Below are positions 54,401 through 64,000 of a stretch of 64,000 nt of DNA, in pieces. The stretch is from Eledone cirrhosa (taxonomy: Eukaryota), in the NCBI GenBank assembly GCA_964016885.1, contig OZ024740.1, positions 129,456,001-129,520,000 on the forward strand. Reading direction: 5' to 3'. How positions within the stretch are numbered: the stretch's first letter is position 1; each line of letters begins with the position of its first letter. A program made the translations under genes and the position numbers. The notes under the pieces were generated by a model. The model was not told where the DNA came from. It did not search any database and saw only the letters and a program-made list of their open reading frames with translations.

Positions 54401-55015
54401 TCTCCTCAGTGGCCGTATCTCTGTTCCAGGTATTATTTATCTCAGTATTCAGATCATTGTCTGCTTCAGGTGGTTCCTCCGTTCTCAGGACCTCTTCACC
54501 TTCATTTCCCACTGGCTCGCTTGTCTGGCATACCACACCCGCCATCTCCAAGCCATTCTCTCTGCTCAGTTCCTCCAGTTCCAGCTCGCTTATCCACCCA
54601 TTAGTTCTTATTACCCGAGCCTGCCCGGCCAATTTTTGTTCATCTAATTTAAATAGACCAATCTCGTTCCAGATGTTATGCATCCGTCTCCTGTAGCCCC
54701 TCTCCTTGGGGTTACTTTTCAGGTAACATTGCATAACAGTTCTATTCAATTCTTTCGTCCAGTTGGTTCTGGCCCCTTTCCTTCTTCTTCTTCCTCCAAC
54801 ATCAGCAGTATTTGGTTGACACTCAGGTTCCTGCTGCTGAGCGAGGGGGCACCTGTTGGGTGAGAGTCTGTCATATGACGTTCTAGTCTCCATTTCACCG
54901 TTATTCGAACTGTTTATGTTCGATATTTAAACACTCTTATCGAGGATTGGCGAATGTATGGTTACATAGCCATCTGTGGACTCGCCGTTCCACTTGGCCC
55001 TTGTGTGGCATTATC
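51423..55015 (-). mobile_element. Near full-length R4/Dong-clade retrotransposon (single ORF: RT + CCHC + restriction-like endonuclease)
   Basis: ORF pieces 53964-54893, 53059-53889, 52015-53040 and 51506-52075; (TAA)n tail at 51371-51422; 5' boundary approximate. Confidence 0.92.
51506..54893 (-). pseudogene. R4/Dong polyprotein with two frameshifts and one nonsense codon
   Basis: Motifs WKSPGSDG, NYRPITCL, EQKGC, WIDYRKAFDMV, GIFQ*DSLS (G to TGA), HLLFMDDLKLF, YLG and RPDL. Confidence 0.92.
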
Positions 55016-55594
55016 ACCACGCTGTATACGAACACACATAAACAAACAAACACACAGGCAGAAAGGGCCCCAAAAATGAATAAGCATAAGTTTCATTGTA
55101 ATGTAGTGTTCGAATGTCTGACGTAGTTTTTGTTTTTTTAGTTTTAGTTTTTCCCCCCTCTTCTCTGTCCGTCCGCCTGCTTCATTTCTTATTTTCTTTA
55201 CGTTTTTTGTTTTTTTTTTGTTATTTTTTTTCTCTGTTTGTTTTTCTCGTTTTTTGCTGTTGTTACTGTGCTGCTTTGGTTTTGTTGTTTGTTTTTTCTT
55301 TTTTCTTTTGAGTCTATCTATATATTTTGATGCCTTCCTCTTTTTTAGTAGTAGGAATTCTATAATGTGGTGGCAGCAACCAGCTTTGAGAAGTGGAAGA
55401 CTGGCGGCGGTAGCGATACTGAGAGAGTGGTGGTGGTGATGTCGATACCGAGGCAGTGGTGGTCAGTGAAGGAGTGAAGAGTGCTGGCGGCGGTGATGAG
55501 ATAGTGGTGGTAATGAAGGCAGTAGTGAGCGTTGGTGGTGAAATTGCCGTTATCTGGCTGTTGTGTTTAGTGTACACAGGTGATGAGGTGGGTG

Positions 55595-55687
55595 GTGTAT
55601 CTAGTTTCTGGTGTTGGTGAGTTTGGCTGTACTATATAGTGTATCTAGTTTCTGGTGTTGGTGAGTTTGGCTGTTCTATATAGTGTA
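55595..55687. repeat. 44-bp tandem duplication (2 units) in a low-complexity segment
   Basis: gtgtatctagtttctggtgttggtgagtttggctgt(a/t)ctatata at 55595 and 55639. Confidence 0.9.
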
Positions 55688-56221
55688 GACAGAGGAGAGG
55701 ACGGGGGGGTTCTTCTTCCATTTATAGCCATTTTTTTTTTTGGATATACAGTGTACAATACAAAGTTGAATATTTGAATATTTGAGCCTTATAACAATAT
55801 ATTTTGGGTCCGAATTTTTTTGGGCTCAAGCCGGGTGCTTTACGTAGCATTTGTACTAAGAGTTGTTATTTCACAAATGATTTAAATATGTTAAAAATTC
55901 AAAACTTACGGGAGCGATTTCATGACCTCCGCCACCTCGTGCGTCTTCTTCCCTTTATTATTATTACTATTATTATTATTATTATTATTATTTATTATTA
56001 TTATTGAATGCCATGGTTGACGGAGGCTCGGCTCTGTAAGGTATTGTACATTTTGACCGCTATAAAATTTGTAAATTGTTTAAAACTTTAACCAAACTGT
56101 AGACAAAAACACACTCCTCCTCGAGAGAGGGGTCTTTCTGCCCGTTATTTGGCCGTTCGGGATTAAATAACCGGTTATTGGGGTTGTGTACCCAATATTT
56201 ATTTTAAACACAAAAAAAAAC

Positions 56222-58386
56222 ATGACTACAGAAAATAATTTTCACAAGTCTCTCCCACTCATTCCATTTTCTTCTTCCCCAATCGTCACTACAGCAGAGA
56301 GAAGATTGTCTCTCTCCCTCTATTCTCTTTCGCAAGCGACGCCAGTAAAGAAAAATAGTTTCCAAAATCACGTGCAAAACATGGAACATTTTTCCACGAC
56401 GACGACAACGACGAAAAAGGTTTGCGGTAAATACGAAAACCCATTTCATTCGTCTGACATCATGAATAATAGCAGTAGTAGCCGTAATAACAGCAGCAGC
56501 AGCAACAGTGACAAGGAAAACAACAGTAGTAGCCGCAACAGCATCAGCAGCAGCATACACAACAACAGCATTAGCAGCAACAGCAACAACAACAGCAGCG
56601 GGAGCAGCAACAACAACAACAACCACAGCAACAGCGGCGGCGGCAGTAGTCGTAGTACCTGCAGCAACAACAAAAGTAACAGCAGCTCTGACGACAACAA
56701 CAACAACAGCAGCAAAGTAAAACCAATCTCATTTACAGGTATCGCAAAGAACCTGGAAACCATCCTCATAACAAATGAGGAATTACAGGAAGCAAAGAAG
56801 ATGGTGACGAAAACCGGACACCGAGCTATCTGCAAAGGAGCCGAAACATTTTTCGAAACCCAAGAGCACTGTACGGTCACGTACCGTACAGTAAGCAGAA
56901 AATCCCGTAGTGTTGAAAGAGCCACAGAGGCTCAAATACAAAAAGCCTTAGGGTCTGTGTGGCAGCGGAAAACGCATATCACCCGAGTCAAGAAATATGC
57001 CACCGTAGACGTGCTTTTTGCCATACCCCAGGAGGCAAAAGCTCAATCCTTAGTGACCTTAAGGAGCGAGGAAATAGTGTTGGTGCCCTCCTACTGCGGG
57101 CAAAAAATAGTGAGGGTCAAACTGACCCCCCCCCCCCCCCCGGGATGGCCGCTTCTTGGCTGGCAGCGTCTGTCCTCATCGGAATCGAGGACAAAACAAC
57201 TGTACTGCAAGTACAGAAAAAAGTAAGAGAAGTTTGGGTCGGCACCTCCATTGAGATGTTAATCCAAATCAACCAGGAGTGCATCGAAGCTATCGCGGAT
57301 GTGATATACTTCGATAACGGCACTCAACTGCCCATAAGTGTTGAGGGCAAACGCCCAAAATGCTTTCGCTGTGGATCGAAGACTCACCTCAGGGCCTTCT
57401 GCAACGAGAAGACCCTGAGAAAGGAGAAAACCCCTCTCCTTCTGAAACCGGCTCCATTGCTACCAGCAACAGGACAAGCGGCAACCAGGAACGATAGGTC
57501 CGTGACAGCCATACCCACGCCACAGAAATCAAGAACAGCAGCAGCAGTGGGAGTATTAACAACAACAACAGTAATACCAACTTTAGCTCCAACAGAGACT
57601 CCACTGCAAACATCACCAACAACAACAAGTGAAAGAGTGGAGCTGGTACCCCTCCCCGACCTCACAGAATCAGACTAGGAGTGTGAGATGGGAGAGGGTT
57701 GGCAAAAGTTCGCAAGAAGGCACAAACGCAGAAGCAGCGCATCGTTGCCTTCGAAAAGGGAGGAAAGAAATGAAAAAAAGGTAAAGGCTACTGCAAAGAA
57801 ACTCACAGCAACAACACCACCAACACTATCACCACCCACACTACAACCACCATCACCACCGGCGAAAAGCCCACCGCCAACAACAACAATATCTTCAACA
57901 CCACCACCACAAGCACCAACATCGCAAACACAACAACAAAACACACACACCCAGCAACAACGACAAGAAAATAGCAGAACCAGACCCCACCCCCAGAAAA
58001 ACAAATGCACGGCAATAAATACACACAACAAGAAACTAATGACTTACATAATTGAACACACAGACATTTCACAGCACGACTACATAATACCAGCACCAAT
58101 CAAAACACCAACGAACATAAGACTGGTAAAAATAGCACAGAAACAATACACAAACATTAATACGAAATTCCCCAACGCATTTGGTGATTTCAGAGACCTA
58201 GGAGGGACTCTCAACCGGAGAGTATATTTGGACATACTCATAGAAGAGCCGACGACCAGCCGCAAGGACGATTCAACGGTCCCTTCACCAGACGATCAAG
58301 TGAAAAAAGGATGGAGAAACCATCCTTGCTCTACGAAAAGTACTGTAAGTGGTCTTTCCCATCTATTCCACTCCATTTCAACATGA
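56222..58386 (+). pseudogene. LINE ORF1 (gag-like CCHC knuckle, S/N- and P/T-rich tracts)
   Basis: CFRCGSKTHLRAFC. Frameshift in the poly-C run at 57126-57141; in-frame TAG at 57676. Confidence 0.8.
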
Positions 58387-61300
58387 CCTCACTCAGAATA
58401 GGCAGCAAAATGCGCGTGGCTTGTGGTCGTCATGGGAGCAGGGCCACCTGCTCAACGACCTCAGGTCACTAAACATAGATGTAGTGGCCATCAGCGAGAC
58501 CAGAATCTCCGAAGCACGGGCCTTCGCTCCGATCTTCGGCGGCTACGATGTGTACGCATCTCCCAGCCGTCCTGGATCGGGGGGAGGAGTTGCTGTGCTT
58601 TTGCGGAGAGGTTTGGATCTCGCCATACGGGCCATCTTCGTGGACCCAGAAGGTAAGTTGGTGGTGCTGGACGTGACCAGCGGAGACGGGCAAGCTTTCA
58701 GGCTAGTGGCCGTCTATGCCCCGACAAGAGCAGGGCGGCCTGATTTCTTCCGGCGGCTGGAGACCTTTCCTGGAACGTCCCGCTCTTTAGTGTTAGTGGG
58801 CGACTGGAACGGGATTTTAGATGCACGCTGGGACTGTGTGGGATTAGCGGATAGGGGAGGATGGTGCAATAGCCTCACCAATCTGCTCAGGTGTTTTGAA
58901 CTGTCTGACAAGTACCGATTGGATTTTGTGAATGTGCCAATGTGGACTTGGACAAATCGCATAGGGTCAACCAGATCATATCTAGATAGAGGATATTGTA
59001 GGGAAATAGATAGGTCTAGCATAGGCTGTCCACAATTCAAGATAGTCAGCTGCACGGACCACAAATTCGTGATCTGTGTGATTGACTTAGATAGGCTTCA
59101 TAGACGAGGACACGGCTACTGGAAGCTAAATGCGTCCTTACCATCGCGCAAGGCCTACAGAGACCGGATTAGCGAACTAGTTAAGCGGGCGTTGACGGGG
59201 GCCATCGTCAACAACAAGTGGTGGTTTGCTCTGAAAAGAGCGATTAGAATAGAATCCATTAGGTTTAGTAAGGCTTTAGCAATAGAGAAAAATAGAGCAA
59301 AGGGAGAACTTGTTAGAAAATTAGACGAGGCGCTTAGCAAAGGCATCGCGACCGACGTAATTGCGGCGAAATTGGCCCTTGACCAATTCTTCAATGCAAA
59401 AAACGAAGGCTGCGTTGTCAGAGCTAGGGTGCGTGCTCTCAGACACGAGGGGACGAAAGCCGTTCAATGGGCCCGAGTGGCGGAGGCGCGTCGTGGGAAC
59501 AAAGCCACATTCCGGTCTTTGGAGGACCACGACGGGCGCATTTTACTCGATCCCGGGCCAATGTGTGAAGCTTTTCAGCGACACTTCGCTCAGCTGTTCG
59601 GTGGCAGTGGTGTGCCGGTTCGAGGGATGGACTTTAGTGTCTACCTCGACGGACTGCCGCGGCTCTCGGCCGATAAAAGCCGCTGAAGTACAGGAGGCAT
59701 TGAATGGCTGCACAAGGGGTAAATCGCCTGGTTTGGATGGTCTGCCCTATGAACTTTACGTACAGATGCCAGACTTGTTCGGAGGCCTCTTGGCGGACGT
59801 CTACTGCAACTGGCAACAGAACGGGAGAATACCCAGTTCTGTGAGCCGAGGAGCAGTGGCACTGCTGAGAAAGGATCCGAACAAGGGGGATAACATAGAT
59901 AATTTCAGGCCCATATCTCTGCTAAACACTGAGTTCAAGATTTTGGCCAAGGTGCTAGCAAGCATGTTGGCGCTTGTTTAGTTGGTGGGCAGGTGGGAGA
60001 GGGCAGACATGCGCCATTCCCGACAGATCCATCCACGACAACCTCCACCTCATGCGATACATCGTAGAGAGGGTAGCTAGGGAACCTGGCACGGGTGGGT
60101 CCTTGATCAATTTAGATCAGTCGAACGCTTTCGATAGGGTCGTCCATCGTTACCTAGCAGCAGTCCTGAGTGCGGTTGTCTTTGGGCCCGTCTTCAGTGG
60201 CTGGATCGCTGCCATGCACAGCGACATCTGCTCTGTGGTGAGAGTGAACGGTCACCTTTCGGAACCGTTCAACATCATGCGCTCGGTCAGCCAAGGATGT
60301 ACTCTCTCATCCCTCTTGTACGTATTGACTCTCAGGCCATTACTGCACAAACAGGAGACGTTGAGGGGGGTTCCGCGCGAACTAGGATGCCGAAGATCCG
60401 TGTCAGCATATGCGGACGATGTCACCGTAGTGGTGTCGAACGCCAAGCACATCGAGGCGATCGCACTACAATAAGAGAATACGAAGCGGTGACAGGAGCA
60501 ATGATCAACCAGGAAAAGTCAATCGGCCTGCAGCTCAGCACCTGGAGAGGCAGATCCATGCCGTCGGACAAATACTGGGACGAGGTGACGAGCAGGGTGA
60601 CTTCTCTCACCCAGAAATGGGTGGAGAGGAAGCTATCCCTGAAAGGTCGATCGGAGGTGGCTAACGCGTACATCACGTACGTCATCTACAACCGCCTGAC
60701 CGTCGTAACATGTCATAAGCCCCACCTGACTGCGCTGGAGCGTTTAGTCTTTCGCTTTTTGTGGAAGGGACGCACTCCTATGGTCAGGAGCTACGTGGAG
60801 GGCTGGGCATGCCGTGACTGATGATGCGTAGACACGCGCACAGGCTACGACATCTCCACCTCTTCCTCGACGGTGATTAGGTGTGGTCGCCGTTTGCTAG
60901 ACGCGTCTTTGTCCAGCTCGTCTCCTTGACGGAGCTGCAGCCCTGGGTCAAGCGAAGACCGAGAGGGAGCGCTTGAAGACTGGAATATCTTCAGGCGCTC
61001 ACAGCCCTCGACCAATCGGGCAACATGATCGGTGGAAACTCCACCTTGGCGTTCTATAGAGGATTAGTGGAGGGGAAGAGCGACGACGTACTTTGGGAAA
61101 CTCTAAGCATCGACGAAAATCAACTTGCCAATCTCTTCGGAAGATCTTTCGGGCCGGGTCCTATGGACAACTTCCAGAAATCCCTGGCCTGGCAGTGCTA
61201 CCGAGGAGCTTTGCCAGTTCAGGATAAACTCTACAGGCATGGAGGTGCCGTCTGCCAGGCAGTCCGAGATGCGTGTAGGGCGACGAAACCGTCCTGCACG

Positions 61301-61595
61301 CACTATCAGCTGAGTCCATCGTGAGGATTGCTCCACCCTCTTCCTTTAGCCGGGAAGTGCAGGCAGTTTTATCTGTCTAGGGGCCATGGCGAAAGAGATA
61401 GTATGGTGGACACATTTGAAAGGGCTGAAGACGAGTACTTACCTCTACGGCGATGCCCTGATTAACTTTTTCAAATTTCATTTGAAAAGGAAAATGAGGG
61501 TAGAGAGGGAAGTCCTCCATTCCCAGCATTTTGTTGAAAGATGGATGAGAGAAGCAAGAATGGCCCGATTGAATGGGACTACTCTGTGTCTGTAA
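58349..61595 (+). pseudogene. LINE ORF2: apurinic endonuclease + reverse transcriptase
   Basis: Motifs NARGL, ISET, VYAP, GDWN, YLDR, TDH, GYWKLN, KSPGLDGL, NFRPISLLN, AFDRV, QGC and YADD; several frameshifts. Confidence 0.93.
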
Positions 61596-61739
61596 ATTAA
61601 AGGTTGAAAACTGGACAGAGCACTTGCCCTGGTGGTGAGGGTCCATGTGGCATTTTAATGGGCTTTCACCACAAATGTCGCTCGGAAGCCTCCCCCCATT
61701 TGGGAATTTTTCATTTTTATTTTTTTGTTATACCCTCTG

Positions 61740-62146
61740 CGCCCGGCTCATTAACTCGCTCGATATGCAAATTAGGCCGCTTAGCTGTTAACATGCATAA
61801 GGAAAGTATATACTGTCAGACGTTCAATCATCTGACAGGAAGGTATACGATAGCTAATAAACTTGAAACTAGTACATCGTTCCTTTGTCAGTGTTGAACA
61901 AAAGGGCAACGATGGTTGCTAAACACTGTACGGCTTAAGTCGGGATGTTTGTTTACAAACACACCGAGCATTATAATAAATGTTCGGTAAATACATACGT
62001 GCAAATATATATGTGTGCATGTATGTATATATATACATACTACTGTACGTCTCTATACATATATGTGTGTACGTATACATACGTATATTTAAGTAACAAC
62101 CGTACTAAGAGTGAGACATGAAATATTGTTTCATTTTTTCCGTTTA
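61740..62146 (+). mobile_element. Copy of the 28165-28590 HHR-bearing repeat (core partly deleted)
   Basis: Reverse complement of 28165-28580. Retains GAAAC-UA-GUA at 61865-61874 and ATGCAAAT at 61765. Confidence 0.82.
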
Positions 62147-62625
62147 TATATACAGAGAGAGGAGGATAAAAAATAAGACGTTCCACTGGGCTAGCGTTGG
62201 TTGATCGTCAGTCGAAAAATTATTTTCGGCGTAATATCACTAAGTTTCTACACTAAACATACAATCTGAAGATGCGTTTCTGTGTGACCTCCCATCAGTT
62301 AAATGTGTGAGATATACCAATTGTTGTTTGTGCCCGTTTGTTAATTTGATGTGTGTACAAGAATGAGATCGATAACTATCATTATCCTTGTAATCTTATT
62401 GATTTTGTTTAATCGAGTTGAAGTTCAATTTTGGACTAAAATTCAATATTTCCTTATCTCTTCTCAGATGAATAATATTATATTAGCTGGTCAGTATTTG
62501 TTAGAACTTTATCTATTTTCTGCTCATATATACGAATGTACATAATTTGTCTATGCTTGAGGCGGTAGATCTGTGCACATGTATATGATCATGTAGATAT
62601 TTTAGTATATGTATTTATATATATA

Positions 62626-62875
62626 TATGATGGCTGACCCCTCGTTATCGAGTATGGCCATTGCACGATGTACCATTATTAATAATTATTAAATAATTCT
62701 ACCGTGCATTCCCTGTGCGGGATGATATTTTTAAAGTGAGGAAAGACTGTGCACTGAGCCAATTCCACTCTCTGAGCGACAGTAGCTATAACCCGAAAAG
62801 AAGAAAAGATCAACACCATCGGTTTATTACTGAGCCGCAGGTTTTATATCGGTGTTATTCCAGTTTCCCGAGCTG
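62626..62875 (-). mobile_element. Second short RTE-derived element (bipartite-like)
   Basis: Minus strand ggaataacaccgatataaaacctgc head and 3' hairpin tggccatactcg..cagccatcat before (TA)n; parallels 37266-37668. Confidence 0.45.
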
Positions 62876-62927
62876 CATACACATATATATATATACATAC
62901 ATATATATATGTATGTATATGTATGTA

Positions 62928-64000
<1,073 letters not shown>

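Larger units (their letters stand above)
56006..61735 (+). mobile_element. Near full-length L1/Tx1-type LINE (ORF1 + ORF2), decayed
   Basis: Starts after (TTA)n. ORF1 has a zinc knuckle; ORF2 has APE, RT and the C-terminal domain. The 3'UTR is interrupted at ~61740. Confidence 0.9.

Noticed and set aside
54940-54960. Plus-strand TGGCGAATG resembling the HDV ribozyme J4/2
   Set aside because: Antisense to the element, with no matching P1/P2/P3 upstream.
55595-55687. Direct repeats as a CRISPR-like array
   Set aside because: Only two adjacent units, no spacers, no cas genes, and a eukaryotic context.
62180-62290. CTGAAGA / CTGACGA cores in a repeat loosely shared with 49800-49898 (minus strand)
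   Set aside because: No correctly placed GAAA, stem III or stem I; not an HHR by eye.

Overview
This window is eukaryotic, very AT-rich and saturated with repeats, with dozens of (TA)n, (CA)n and (CT)n microsatellites. The SINE family and composition suggest a cephalopod such as octopus (inference). I cannot support any host protein-coding gene, and most listed ORFs are microsatellite artefacts. Recognisable content: (1) three Penelope-like (PLE, RT + GIY-YIG) coding fragments, including a 4.2-kb copy with inverted pseudo-LTRs (12358-16526); (2) a near full-length R4/Dong-type RLE retrotransposon plus a tandem 5'-truncated copy inserted in its (TAA)n tail; (3) a near full-length L1/Tx1-type LINE and two 3' fragments; (4) RTE relics and two bipartite RTE-derived mini-elements; (5) a non-autonomous Helitron; (6) seven tRNA-derived SINE copies. 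The main hidden signal is about a dozen apparently unrelated short non-coding repeat families, each carrying a type-I hammerhead ribozyme (HHR) fold. I read these by eye; about 20 motifs are intact, variant or decayed, including compensatory U3-A8 cores and a recurrent U4A core. Most lie in fold-back or tandem arrangements inserted into (TA)n tracts, and several use two fixed, family-specific ends. This looks like a TA-microsatellite-targeting PLE pseudo-LTR/retrozyme ecosystem. All folds and family assignments are manual and untested.
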